DNA of 64,000 nucleotides from an uncultured Bacilli bacterium (GTDB lineage Bacteria; Bacillota_I; Bacilli_A; RF39; UBA660): assembly GCA_944363865.1 (NCBI GenBank), contig CALVVN010000024.1, forward strand, positions 9,400 to 73,399. The letters are read 5' to 3'. Of this stretch, positions 54,390-64,000 are shown in pieces (within the stretch, counting starts at the first letter, position 1; every line of letters starts with the position of its first letter). The position numbers and the translations under genes were made by a program. The notes beneath the pieces were generated by a model that was not told the origin of the DNA, did not search any database, and was given only the letters and a program-made list of their open reading frames with translations.

Positions 54390-54418
54390 TTGAATTTCCT
54401 AATATATTTACTAGCTGA

Positions 54419-54434
54419 TGTTCCACGTGGAACA
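54419..54434. promoter_or_regulatory. parS site 2, core TGTTCCACGTGGAACA within 18-bp palindrome
   Basis: identical 16-bp core; right flank TTTATTCTGAATTATTATC repeats the gyrA 3' end. Confidence 0.75.
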
Positions 54435-54721
54435 TTTATTCTGAATTATTATCTATTAAAACATGTAATATATACATATTCGTTACCTTATAATATTTAA
54501 AACGTAGTTATTTTATTGCCTATTACTTGTTTTTTTAAATTACTATGATTATTCATAGCAATATTTTTTATATTTTTACTAACTAATAATGTTAGTAAGT
54601 TTTTTACCTACAACTTTAAGTAAAACTACTATCAACTAAGCATATATTTTTTAATAGCAAAAATCCTTGTTTATATTAATTATTTTACGTTTTTAATTTG
54701 TTTATACAAAAAAAATATCAA

Positions 54722-54737
54722 TGTTCCACGTGGAACA
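54722..54737. promoter_or_regulatory. parS site 3, core within 30-bp perfect palindrome 54715-54744
   Basis: ATATCAA-TGTTCCACGTGGAACA-TTGATAT. Confidence 0.75.
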
Positions 54738-54785
54738 TTGATATAAAATCCTATTCAATCATATATTTTTGTATTAAAACAATAA

Positions 54786-54801
54786 TGTTCCACGTGGAAC
54801 A
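54786..54801. promoter_or_regulatory. parS site 4, core within 32-bp perfect palindrome 54778-54809
   Basis: AACAATAA-TGTTCCACGTGGAACA-TTATTGTT. Confidence 0.75.
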
Positions 54802-54880
54802 TTATTGTTTATATCTTTAATTTAATTTTTATGATACATATTATGTATTGTTTTACTTAAGTCATATTTTTTTTCTTTAA

Positions 54881-54896
54881 TTTTCCACGTGGAACA
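54881..54896. promoter_or_regulatory. parS site 5 (one mismatch: TTTTCCACGTGGAACA), 1 bp from gyrA stop codon
   Basis: 15/16 match to the other four copies; followed by gyrA stop region. Confidence 0.6.
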
Positions 54897-54897
54897 T

Positions 54898-57321
54898 TTA
54901 TTCTGAATTATTATCAATCAATGCGATTGATGTAACATAATTGTTATCTTTTAGATTAATTAATTTTACTCCTTGCGTAACTCTTCCCATTAAAGAAATA
55001 TTATCAATATTTAATCTAATAACTATTCCATTCTTAGTAATTATCATTAAATCACATGAAGCATTAATTAATTTAAATCCAATTATATTTCCATTTTTTT
55101 CAGTAATTTTTAATGTTTTTACACCCTTACTGCCTCTTTTAGTTTCCCTATAATTATCTATAGTAGTTTTTTTGCCATATCCATTCTTAGTAACTACTAA
55201 AGCTAATGAATTCTCACTTGTTACTTCCAAACCAATGCAAGTATCATTAACTAAGTTTATACCTCTAACACCAGAAGCACTTCTTCCCATTAATCTTATT
55301 TCTGACTCGTTAAACTTCACCATTCTTCCATTAGAAGAACACATTAATACCTTATCACCAATTTTTGATTTTCTAACAGCAATTAGTTCATCATTTTCTC
55401 TTAAATTAATAGCTAATTTACCATTTTTTCTAATGTTATCAAATTCTTTCAAAGAAGTTTTTTTCACTATCCCATTTTTCGTTGCAAAAATTAAATGTTG
55501 ATAACTTGTTTGCCTTTCAAGGACTAAAATAGTGTTGATAACTTCTTCCTTTTCCAAAGGTAACAAATTAACAATTGGTAAACCTTTAGATATTCTGCTA
55601 AACTCAGGTATCTCATAACCTTTTAATCTATAGACTTTACCTTTATTTGAGAAGAAGAATAGATAATCATGTGTATTTAAATTGATTATTTGTTCTACAA
55701 AATCTTCTTCGTTTGTAGTCATTCCTTTAATACCAACGCCGCCTCTATTTTGAGCTTTATAAGTATCGCTATTTACCCTCTTAATATAATTTTTATTAGT
55801 AATAGTTAAAACAATGTTTTCTTCAGGAATAAGAGATTCATCTTCAATATACTCAATCGCGCTCATATCAATCATAGTTCTCCTACTATCTGAATATTTG
55901 TTCTTTATTTCAGTCAATTCATCTTTAATTATTTCTTCAACAAGTTTATCACTTGCCAAAATAGCTCGTAATCTATCAATCTCTTTTAATAATTCTGCTA
56001 ATTCATTTTCAATTTTATCTCTTTCTAAACCAGTTAAACGACGCAACTTCATTTCAAGTATACTATCAGCTTGAATTTCACTTAATTCAAATCTAGATAT
56101 CAACTTTTCTTTAGCAATTTCATCACTTTTAGCAGTTTTAATAATTTGAATTACTTCATCAATATTATCCAATGCAATTTTTAAACCTTCTAAAATATGT
56201 ACCCTTTTTTCACATTTTTCTAGATCAAACCTAGTTCTTCTAATAATTACTTCCTTTTGATAATCTACATATTTTGAAATTATGTCTTTAAGACCTAAAG
56301 TTTTAGGAACTCCATTGTCTAACATCAAAAAGATAATTCCAAAATTACTTTGAAATGCTGTATGCTTATATAAATTATTCAATACTACTTGAGGATTTGC
56401 ATCCTTTTTTAAAGTTATAGTTATCTTAACACCATTTTTTAAATCTGTATGATAATCTGCAATGCCATCAATAGTTTTATTGTGTACAAGTTCTGCAACT
56501 TTATTTTTTAATTCTAGCGTATTAACTCCATAAGGAACTTCATCAATAACGATTAAATGTTTGCCATTTTTTTCTTCTATTGTCGCTTTACTTCTAAGAG
56601 TTATTGATCCTCTACCAGTTTCATAAGCTTGTTTAATTCCACTATTTCCTAAAATAATCGCACCTGTTGGAAAATCCGGACCTTTTATATGTTCCATTAA
56701 ACCTAAAACGTCAATATCTGGATTATCTATATATGCAATACAACCATCAATTACTTCTCCCAAATTATGAGGCGGAATATTTGTTGCCATTCCAACCGCA
56801 ATACCCATAGTTCCATTAACAAGAATATTTGGAAATCTAGAAGGCAATATTTTTGGCTCTTTTTCAGATTCATCAAAGTTTGGTTCAAAATCGACTGTAT
56901 TTTTCCCAATATCTCTTAATAATTCCAACGAAATCTTAGAAAGTCGTGATTCTGTGTAACGCATCGCTGCTGCACCATAACCTTCAATATTTCCGAAATT
57001 ACCATGACCATCAACGAGCATATATCTATAATTAAAATCTTGAGCCATTCTAACCATTGCTTCATAAATAGATGAATCGCCATGAGGATCATATTTTCCC
57101 ATTACATCTCCTACTATCCTAGCAGATTTCTTATGCGGTTTGTCTGGAGTATAACCAGATTCATACATTGGATAAAGTATTCTTCTATGAACAGGTTTTA
57201 ATCCGTCTCTTAAATCAGGCAAGGCACGAGAAACAATAACACTCATAGAATATTCTAAAAAAGATGTTTCAATTTCATTAACAATATTATTTTCTTCTAA
57301 TCTATCTCTACTATGATCCAT
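54898..57321 (-). CDS. gyrA: DNA gyrase subunit A
   Basis: 807 aa; active-site region AAMRYTE (Tyr), QRDR-like [18 protein letters not shown]-terminal beta-pinwheel repeats. Confidence 0.95.
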   Translation of the reverse strand: MDHSRDRLEENNIVNEIETSFLEYSMSVIVSRALPDLRDGLKPVHRRILYPMYESGYTPDKPHKKSARIVGDVMGKYDPHGDSSIYEAMVRMAQDFNYRYMLVDGHGNFGNIEGYGAAAMRYTESRLSKISLELLRDIGKNTVDFEPNFDESEKEPKILPSRFPNILVNGTMGIAVGMATNIPPHNLGEVIDGCIAYIDNPDIDVLGLMEHIKGPDFPTGAIILGNSGIKQAYETGRGSITLRSKATIEEKNGKHLIVIDEVPYGVNTLELKNKVAELVHNKTIDGIADYHTDLKNGVKITITLKKDANPQVVLNNLYKHTAFQSNFGIIFLMLDNGVPKTLGLKDIISKYVDYQKEVIIRRTRFDLEKCEKRVHILEGLKIALDNIDEVIQIIKTAKSDEIAKEKLISRFELSEIQADSILEMKLRRLTGLERDKIENELAELLKEIDRLRAILASDKLVEEIIKDELTEIKNKYSDSRRTMIDMSAIEYIEDESLIPEENIVLTITNKNYIKRVNSDTYKAQNRGGVGIKGMTTNEEDFVEQIINLNTHDYLFFFSNKGKVYRLKGYEIPEFSRISKGLPIVNLLPLEKEEVINTILVLERQTSYQHLIFATKNGIVKKTSLKEFDNIRKNGKLAINLRENDELIAVRKSKIGDKVLMCSSNGRMVKFNESEIRLMGRSASGVRGINLVNDTCIGLEVTSENSLALVVTKNGYGKKTTIDNYRETKRGSKGVKTLKITEKNGNIIGFKLINASCDLMIITKNGIVIRLNIDNISLMGRVTQGVKLINLKDNNYVTSIALIDNNSE

Positions 57322-57332
57322 AATTTACCTCC

Positions 57333-59246
57333 TTAAATATCCAGATTCTGTGCATAAATTGCATTTTCTTCTATAAATCTTCGTCTAGGTTCAACTTCTT
57401 CTCCCATCAATTTTGTAAATGAAGCATCAGCTGATATAACATCATCCACAGTAATCTTTCTTAAAATTCTTTTGTCTATGTCCATTGTAGTTTCATTTAG
57501 TTCTTCAGGGTCCATTTCTCCAAGACCTTTCATACGCATAATATCATACTTAGTATTTGGACTTAAAGTAGCTAAATATTGATTTCTCTCATCATCATTT
57601 AAAACGTATTTAATGGTTTTTCCATGCTTAATACAATATAACGGAGGTTGAGCAGCATAAACATGTCCTTGTTCAACAATAGGTCTAAAAAACCTATAAA
57701 ATAATGTTAATAATAATACTCTAATATGAGAACCATCAACATCAGCATCTGTCATTATGATTATTTTATTATACCTTAACTTAGAAATATCAAATTCATT
57801 ACCAATTCCAGTACCAAAAGCCGTAATTATTGTTCTAATTTCTTCATTTGTTAAAGCCTTATCAATTCTCGCTTTTTCCACATTTAAGATTTTTCCTCTT
57901 AAAGGTAAAATAGCTTGTGTCATACTATTTCTACCTTTTATTGCTGAACCACCTGCACTATCACCCTCAACTAAAAAAATTTCGCAAACAGATGGATCTT
58001 TTTCTTTACAATCAACAAGTTTTCCACCAAAATTAACAACATCTAAATCGCTTTTTCTTCTAGTTAACTCTCTTGCCTTCTTTGCAGCCATTCTAGCCCT
58101 ACTAGCTAATAATGCTTTTTCTATAATAATTTTTGCTTCATTAGGATTTTCTAATAAAAATTTTTCCAAACCATTACCAAATATATTAGAAGCAATTTTT
58201 TTCACTTCAACATTTCCAAGTTTTGTTTTAGTTTGACCTTCAAATTGAGGATCTGGATGTTTACATGAAATAATCATAGTAATTCCTTCACGTACATCAT
58301 CAATAGATAAAGCCTCATCTTTTTCTTTTAGTATATTACTTTTTCTCGCATAATTATTTATTACCCTTGATAGTGCCATTTTAACACCATCTTCATGAGT
58401 ACCACCTTCAAAAGTATTAATATTATTTGTAAAAGAATAAACATTTGAAGAATATCCTTCATTATATTGAAATGCTATTTCCATTTCAATATCATTTTCC
58501 GTATTTTCAATATAAACAATAGTATCGTGAATTGGCTTTTTATTTTCATTCAACATTTTTACATATTCAATAATACCACCATTATAAAGAAATTCTTCGC
58601 TTTTATCACTTCTTAAATCTATTAATTTAATTCTTAAACCCTTATTTAAAAATGCTAATTCTCTAGCGCGAGTCTTTAAAACATCATAATCAAAAATTAT
58701 TATTTCTTTAAAAATATCAGGGTCAGGCTTAAAAGTAACTACAGTACCAGTTCTATTTTTATCACATTTTTCAATAACTTCTAACGGAGCAACAGAATGT
58801 CCTCCATTTTCATATCTTTGATAATAAACATTTTCATTTTGATATATTTTAACTTCTAACCACTCGCTTAAAGCATTAACTACACTTGCACCTACACCGT
58901 GAAGACCACCACTTACTTTATATCCTCCTCCACCAAACTTACCACCAGCATGTAATACAGTAAAAATTGTTTCAACTGTAGAAATTCCAGTTTTTGGATG
59001 AATTCCAGTTGGTATTCCTCTACCATCATCTTTTACTGTAACAGACTCATCAGTATTAATAATGATTTCAATATCATCACAAAATCCCGCTAGAGCTTCA
59101 TCAACAGAATTATCAACTATTTCCCATACCAAGTGATGTAGACCCCTTTCTCCAGTTGAACCTATATACATACCAGGTCTTTTTCTAACAGCTTCAAGTC
59201 CTTCCAAAACTTGAATAGATTCTACGTCATAATTTTCATTTTTCAT
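57333..59246 (-). CDS. gyrB: DNA gyrase subunit B
   Basis: 637 aa; GHKL ATPase, Toprim [19 protein letters not shown]. Confidence 0.95.
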   Translation of the reverse strand: MKNENYDVESIQVLEGLEAVRKRPGMYIGSTGERGLHHLVWEIVDNSVDEALAGFCDDIEIIINTDESVTVKDDGRGIPTGIHPKTGISTVETIFTVLHAGGKFGGGGYKVSGGLHGVGASVVNALSEWLEVKIYQNENVYYQRYENGGHSVAPLEVIEKCDKNRTGTVVTFKPDPDIFKEIIIFDYDVLKTRARELAFLNKGLRIKLIDLRSDKSEEFLYNGGIIEYVKMLNENKKPIHDTIVYIENTENDIEMEIAFQYNEGYSSNVYSFTNNINTFEGGTHEDGVKMALSRVINNYARKSNILKEKDEALSIDDVREGITMIISCKHPDPQFEGQTKTKLGNVEVKKIASNIFGNGLEKFLLENPNEAKIIIEKALLASRARMAAKKARELTRRKSDLDVVNFGGKLVDCKEKDPSVCEIFLVEGDSAGGSAIKGRNSMTQAILPLRGKILNVEKARIDKALTNEEIRTIITAFGTGIGNEFDISKLRYNKIIIMTDADVDGSHIRVLLLTLFYRFFRPIVEQGHVYAAQPPLYCIKHGKTIKYVLNDDERNQYLATLSPNTKYDIMRMKGLGEMDPEELNETTMDIDKRILRKITVDDVISADASFTKLMGEEVEPRRRFIEENAIYAQNLDI

Positions 59247-60328
59247 CGTTCCACCATCCTATCTAAATCAATAACTTTTGCAGACTTTAAAATATTTTTT
59301 TTAATATTATTAATATCTGTTGTAGTAATAAAAATTTGAATCTCCTTATTTAGATTTTCCAAAATAATATTTTGATTTGTTTCATCTAATTCACTAAATA
59401 AATCATCTAATAAAAGTATAGGTTGTTCATAATAATCTTTTATTAAAACTTCCATTTCAGCTAACTTAAAAGCTAACATAACCATTTTTTGAACACCTTG
59501 AGAACAATAATCTTTAACAATTTTATCATCTAATAAAAATTCAAAATCATCCTTATGTATGCCAGTTTTAGTAATGCCTTGCTGAATCTCTTTTTTTCTA
59601 TTTTTTTTTAACAATTTTACAAAATCATCTTCATTTAAATTATTAAATTGGGATATATAATTAAGATTAATCTCATTACCTAATTTCAACTTCTTACATA
59701 TTTTTTTTAAATAATTATTTATTTTTTCAATAAAATCTCTTCTACTTTTATAAATCATATAACCCAGTTCAGATATTTTTAAATCCAAAACATCTAAGTA
59801 AGATTCATCAATAAAAGAATTAATGTACAACTTCTTGTAATAATCATTTTTGTTTTTTATTAAAACATTATAATCATTTAAAAGTTTAATGTAAGACTTA
59901 TTTAATTGAGACAAACTAATGTTAATATAACTTCTACGATTACTAGGAGAATCTTTAATAAATTTTACTTCATCAGGAGCATATAAAATTACTTTATATT
60001 GACTTATAAAATCACTAATTTTTTTCTTTAAAACATTATTTATCTTCGTTTTTTTTCCCGACTTTGACAAAAAATATTCAAGTTTTTTAATCTTGGAATT
60101 ACCTAAAATATCACCTTTAATTTTTAAAAAATCACTATCTAATTTAATAAGATTAAATTCAATATTATTTTTAAAACTTCTAGCTAAACATAATACATAA
60201 ATAGATTCTAATATACTAGTTTTTCCTATACCATTTTTTCCAATTATAATATTAGTTTTTGCTAAATCATTTAATTTTAACTTTTTATAATTTCTAAAAT
60301 TAGTTAACTCTAAGTTAGTGATATTCAT
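59243..60328 (-). CDS. recF: DNA replication and repair protein RecF
   Basis: 361 aa; Walker [16 protein letters not shown]-like signature; stop overlaps gyrB start (ATGA). Confidence 0.85.
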   Translation of the reverse strand: MNITNLELTNFRNYKKLKLNDLAKTNIIIGKNGIGKTSILESIYVLCLARSFKNNIEFNLIKLDSDFLKIKGDILGNSKIKKLEYFLSKSGKKTKINNVLKKKISDFISQYKVILYAPDEVKFIKDSPSNRRSYINISLSQLNKSYIKLLNDYNVLIKNKNDYYKKLYINSFIDESYLDVLDLKISELGYMIYKSRRDFIEKINNYLKKICKKLKLGNEINLNYISQFNNLNEDDFVKLLKKNRKKEIQQGITKTGIHKDDFEFLLDDKIVKDYCSQGVQKMVMLAFKLAEMEVLIKDYYEQPILLLDDLFSELDETNQNIILENLNKEIQIFITTTDINNIKKNILKSAKVIDLDRMVER

Positions 60329-60424
60329 TTTAAAACCTCTTTTGCCCCTTATAAACTAAATAATAGGTATACGAGTACACCTATACCTATTACCAATTAT
60401 ATCACAAATATGTTCTAATTTCTA

Positions 60425-60877
60425 TCAAATTCTTTGTTTTCTATCATTTAATACTACTTGCAATCTAGATGAACGCAAAATTTGATTAGTTATTGTTCCA
60501 ATACTAGCAAAAACTTCTAATTCTTTTCCATTTTTAAATCTTATAATAGTTGATTTTTGATTTTTTCCTTGCTTATAGCTTAATACATTATTAAAACTAA
60601 CCCAAGAGCATAGTTCATTTCTTGGAGAATTTAAAGGAAAAAAAATAATATTTGAACTTTCTTCAATAAATATTGGCGATTTATGAGTAACACCAATCAA
60701 AGACTTAGTTCCTAATTGTCTACCTTCCATAGTAGATCCAAAATATTCACAACTATGTTCAATTACTTTACTAGCACTAATATTTACTTCATATTCTGCA
60801 TCAGATTCATATATTTTAGTTTTTTTACCTTCCAGCGCACAAATATAAAGAGTATTATTATTAATTTCATATTCCAT
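60425..60877 (-). CDS. ComK-family protein (competence transcription factor family)
   Basis: start moved to MEYEINNN (GGGGGTGATAGG RBS) from track ATG 60943; SCEYFGSTMEGRQLGT, THKSPIFIEESSNIIFFPLNSPRNELCSWVSF, IIRFKNGKELEVFASIGTITNQILRSSRLQ align with B. subtilis ComK SCRFFGSSYAGRKAGT / SHKPPIMVDPSNQIFLFPTLSSTRPQCGWISH / EVTFSNGKTMELPISYNSFENQVYRTAWLR. Confidence 0.7.
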   Translation of the reverse strand: MEYEINNNTLYICALEGKKTKIYESDAEYEVNISASKVIEHSCEYFGSTMEGRQLGTKSLIGVTHKSPIFIEESSNIIFFPLNSPRNELCSWVSFNNVLSYKQGKNQKSTIIRFKNGKELEVFASIGTITNQILRSSRLQVVLNDRKQRI

Positions 60878-60977
60878 CCTATCACCCCCGTTCTTGAAAT
60901 TAATACTTCCATTATAACATATAAGTTTGTCGATAAATGTCATTTTTTGTCAAAAAAAAAGAAAATTTAAATTTTCT

Positions 60978-62099
60978 TTAATATGTCTTAATCGGTAAAA
61001 TAAGTTGTGTTAAATCTCCATCTTCAGACTCTTTTATTATTATTGGTTTAATATCTCCATTTAACATAATTATAACTTCTTCACTAGTAAAACTTTTTAA
61101 TGCATCCATCATAAACTTTGCACTGAAAGATATTTTTATATTCGGACCAGTTAAAGTTTTGACAGGCATTACTTCTTCAACTTTACCTATTTCAGGACTT
61201 GAACTAGTAATTATAATATTATTATCTTTTAATTCTAACTGAACTATATTTTTATCTTTAACTTGTGTTAATAATGCTGCCCTATCAACTACATCATAAA
61301 AATCATTTAAATTTAATTGTAATTTAATTTGAAATTCAGTTGGAATCAATGTATCAGTATTAGGATAAGTTCCATTTAATAAACTTGATTGAAATAAAAT
61401 ATTTTCATATTTAAATAAGATTTTATTATTAAAACAGTATAATACTAATTCACTTTCCTCATTTTCTATTATTTTAATTAATTCAATTATATTTTTTGCA
61501 GGAATCACTATATTAATATTATTATCCACATTATTATCAAGTTTTATTATTTTTTTTGATAGTCTATAAGAATCAGTAGCTACAGTTTCTAATAAATTAC
61601 CTATTATTTTAAAGTTAATACCTGTTAATAAAGGTCTACTTTCTTGTGTAGATGTTGAAAAAACTGTTTGATTCACTATTTCTTTAAACTTACCTGTTAA
61701 TAATTTAATAGGTTTATCATTTTCAACAATATCAATTTTTGGAAAATCATTTATATCAAAGCAATTTAAATTATATTTAGCATTAGGTGTAGAAATTATA
61801 GTTTTTCCACCTTCTATCTCCTCTATTTCAACCTCTTCACAAGGCAACTTACGAATAATATCTAAAACATATCTACCTATTATAACAACACTACCTTCAC
61901 TATCTACATTTATAATATCACTTTTATCTATAAAAGTTTTAATAGTTAAATCATTATCTGTAGCTGTTAAAGATAAACCCTTATCTGTTAAATTAAATAG
62001 TATTCCATTTAATACAGGTATAATATTTCTATTTGACAAAGCCTTACTAACATTATTTAATCCTTCTAATAAAATATTTTTTTTAATTTTAAATTTCAT
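60978..62099 (-). CDS. dnaN: DNA polymerase III beta sliding clamp
   Basis: 373 aa; MKFKIKKNILLEGLNNVSKALSNRNIIPVLNGILF typical DnaN N-terminus; three-domain length. Confidence 0.95.
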   Translation of the reverse strand: MKFKIKKNILLEGLNNVSKALSNRNIIPVLNGILFNLTDKGLSLTATDNDLTIKTFIDKSDIINVDSEGSVVIIGRYVLDIIRKLPCEEVEIEEIEGGKTIISTPNAKYNLNCFDINDFPKIDIVENDKPIKLLTGKFKEIVNQTVFSTSTQESRPLLTGINFKIIGNLLETVATDSYRLSKKIIKLDNNVDNNINIVIPAKNIIELIKIIENEESELVLYCFNNKILFKYENILFQSSLLNGTYPNTDTLIPTEFQIKLQLNLNDFYDVVDRAALLTQVKDKNIVQLELKDNNIIITSSSPEIGKVEEVMPVKTLTGPNIKISFSAKFMMDALKSFTSEEVIIMLNGDIKPIIIKESEDGDLTQLILPIKTY

Positions 62100-62222
62100 A
62101 AAATCTCATCCTTCCTTTTATATATATATTTATTATTATCACTGTTAATAGTGTTAATAACTTTACAAAACCCCTATATATTCAATAAATATAACTAATT
62201 TTATTATGTTGATAACTAATAG
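62100..62222. promoter_or_regulatory. oriC segment 2 (dnaA-dnaN intergenic) with DnaA boxes
   Basis: TGTTGATAA (rc of TTATCAACA) at 62207-62215 plus degenerate TGTTAATAG/TGTTAATAA at 62143-62160; AT-rich. Confidence 0.55.
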
Positions 62223-63611
62223 TTATTCACCTATCTTTTGTTTTAAGTCATTTATAATTTTACCAAGTTCCACGTTTGATTTCAAATCCTTACTAATCTT
62301 TTCATAAGCATGAATTACTGTAGAATGGTCTCTTCCACCAAATTCTAGTCCAATCCGTGGATAAGTTTCTTCAGTCATAGTTCTACAAAGATACATAGCT
62401 ATCATACGAGCATTAGCAATAACTTTACTTCGTTTTTTTCCTTTTAAATCTTCAATATGTAAATTAAAGAATGACGCAACAATATTTTGTATTTTTTCAA
62501 CGGTATTAGGAGCATATATAGAATTATTCGTATAATCTTTTAAAGCTTCCCGTACATCATCTAAAGTTAATTTTTTAATATTCATAATTGCAGAAAATGC
62601 ATGCAATCTAGTAATAGCGCCTTCTAGATTCCTAACATCACTACCACAATTAGCAGCTATAAAATCAATAATAGAATCATCTAAATCTATGATTAAATCC
62701 CCACTTTTTATTTTATTTCTTATAATTTTTACTTTTAAATCAAATTCTGGAACAGATATAATTGCCTTCAATCCCCAGTTAAATCTGGTTTTTAATCGTT
62801 CTTCAAATAATTTTAAATCATCAACACTTCTGTCAGAACATATGATAATTTGCTTTTCATTATAATATAAACTATTAAAAGTATTAGTAAACTCTTGTTG
62901 GGTTTTAATTGCTCCAACTAGAAACTGAATATCATCAATCATTAAAACATCAATATCTCTATATTTACTTTTAAAAATCTCAATATAAGTTAAATTATCC
63001 TCTTTACTACCGCCATCTTTAGTTAAGCTTATAAACTCATTTATAAATTGTTCACTTGTTATATACAAAACTTTTTTATCAGAATGTTCTAAAAGATAAT
63101 TTCCAATAGCATGCATTAAATGAGTTTTTCCAAGTCCACTTTTACCATAAAGAAAAAGTGGATTATATAATTTTCCAGGTTTTTCTGCAACTGCTAATGC
63201 ACTACTATAAGCAAATCTATTTGAATCCCCCACTATAAAATTATCAAAAGTGTATTTAGGATTAAAATTAGAAAAATATTTATAAGATGATTTTTCATTA
63301 TCAGATTGATTTTCAACAATGTTATTAACTTTTGAGTTATCAACATTGTTTTTTTGATCAACAACTTCATTTTCCAAAAGTATATCAATAGATTTATATA
63401 AACCTGTAATTTCAGAAAAGACATCTTCTATTAATTCCTTATATAAATGAATAAGTTGGTTTTTTTGAGCTTCAAAAGGTACTGTTAATATTATTGAATC
63501 ATTGTCAATTCTTTCAAGTTTTAAATCTTTAAACCACGTTTGAAAAGATATACTAGATACCTTAGTAATTATAAGTTGTAAAAATTTATTCCATATTTCA
63601 TTATTACTCAT
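62223..63611 (-). CDS. dnaA: chromosomal replication initiator DnaA
   Basis: 462 aa; AAA+ Walker A GKSGLGKTHLMHAIGN, C-terminal DNA-binding domain ...IGLEFGGRDHSTVIHAYEKI. Confidence 0.97.
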   Translation of the reverse strand: MSNNEIWNKFLQLIITKVSSISFQTWFKDLKLERIDNDSIILTVPFEAQKNQLIHLYKELIEDVFSEITGLYKSIDILLENEVVDQKNNVDNSKVNNIVENQSDNEKSSYKYFSNFNPKYTFDNFIVGDSNRFAYSSALAVAEKPGKLYNPLFLYGKSGLGKTHLMHAIGNYLLEHSDKKVLYITSEQFINEFISLTKDGGSKEDNLTYIEIFKSKYRDIDVLMIDDIQFLVGAIKTQQEFTNTFNSLYYNEKQIIICSDRSVDDLKLFEERLKTRFNWGLKAIISVPEFDLKVKIIRNKIKSGDLIIDLDDSIIDFIAANCGSDVRNLEGAITRLHAFSAIMNIKKLTLDDVREALKDYTNNSIYAPNTVEKIQNIVASFFNLHIEDLKGKKRSKVIANARMIAMYLCRTMTEETYPRIGLEFGGRDHSTVIHAYEKISKDLKSNVELGKIINDLKQKIGE

Positions 63612-63699
63612 AAAACCACCCTAGATAAAGTACCTTTCAACATAATTGTAAAACATTTTTTATTAATTTGATAGCATTTTTTTTATGTAAACAAATATT

Positions 63700-63935
63700 A
63701 ACATAGTTATCAACAACTTATTAACATAATTTTTTCCTATTTTATAGCATTTTTTTTAAATTATCAACATTATTAACAATTTTTATATTAACATGTTAAT
63801 AACACGTTAAATACTTATCAACATAATTGTTTATAAACAAATTGTATTACATAAATTAAAGGAAAAAAGCGTAAAGTTATTAACAATTTATTAACGTTAA
63901 TAATAATTAAACAAAAATAAATTGTTAATAAGTTC
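63700..63935. promoter_or_regulatory. oriC segment 1 (upstream of dnaA) DnaA-box cluster
   Basis: perfect TTATCAACA at 63707, 63761, 63815 (same orientation, exactly 54 bp apart); one-mismatch boxes TTATTAACA at 63770 and 63877 and inverted TGTTAATAA at 63795 and 63924; AGGAGG RBS at window end suggests rpmH follows. Confidence 0.8.
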
Positions 63936-64000
63936 AAGCATAAAAACTTGTTGACAAAATAAAAATAATTTTTTATAATTAATGCGATTAAGGAGGCAAA

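Noticed and set aside
54367-54900. Repeated identical 16-30-bp palindromes separated by variable spacers: could this be a CRISPR array?
   Set aside because: Repeats are perfect palindromes, spacers range from 29 to 287 bp, there is no leader or cas gene, and the motif matches the ParB parS consensus. Interpreted as parS array.
60878-60943. Upstream in-frame ATG extending the ComK-like ORF by 22 codons (MTFIDKLICYNGSINFKNGGDR)
   Set aside because: A strong GGGGGTGATAGG Shine-Dalgarno sits immediately before the internal ATG at 60877 and homology to ComK begins there; the upstream extension is probably not translated.

Overview
Very AT-rich (about 25% GC) origin-of-replication region of an endospore-forming Firmicute; gene order closely follows the Bacillus subtilis oriC neighbourhood but is compacted. 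On the minus strand the window runs dnaA-dnaN-(ComK-like)-recF-gyrB-gyrA, then an intergenic parS array, a small SRP RNA (ffs), tadA-dnaX-ybaB-recR-bofA-holB-ricT-trmN6-rsmI-pth-mfd, then (ppa on plus) spoVT-dut-tatD-3D-ksgA-yabG-veg-spoVG-yabP-yabQ-divIC-pcrA-ligA, an envelope/signalling cluster (degenerate GGDEF, YihY, LtaS), tilS-ftsH-parA-parB-DUF951-AbgT-ychF-rpsF-ssb-rpsR, and a plus-strand block (ClpC-like, Zn peptidase, T-box::lysS-YfcC, dusB, dCMP deaminase, repeat surface protein), then rplM-rpsI, an Abi_2 abortive-infection gene, htrA, two DAGK-like kinases, AlkD-like and a partial UvrD-like helicase. Non-coding features supported by sequence: oriC DnaA-box clusters flanking dnaA (three perfect TTATCAACA boxes at exact 54-bp spacing), a T-box leader on lysS, a small SRP RNA upstream of tadA, several Rho-independent terminators. 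The most unusual feature is an intergenic array of five ParB-type parS palindromes (TGTTCCACGTGGAACA) in about 530 bp downstream of gyrA; each sits in a longer copy-specific perfect palindrome, and a 33-bp direct repeat duplicates the gyrA 3' end. No integrase, transposase, CRISPR or prophage genes were seen. The only defence-like gene is a solitary Abi_2. Other notable points: a ComK-family gene in the dnaN-recF slot, a ClpC-like ATPase with a catalytically degenerate D2 ring, a degenerate GGDEF sensor, a doubly frameshifted FAD-dependent gene, and an Rcl/deoxyribosyltransferase-fold protein. All calls are from reading the sequence and translations; no database search was run.
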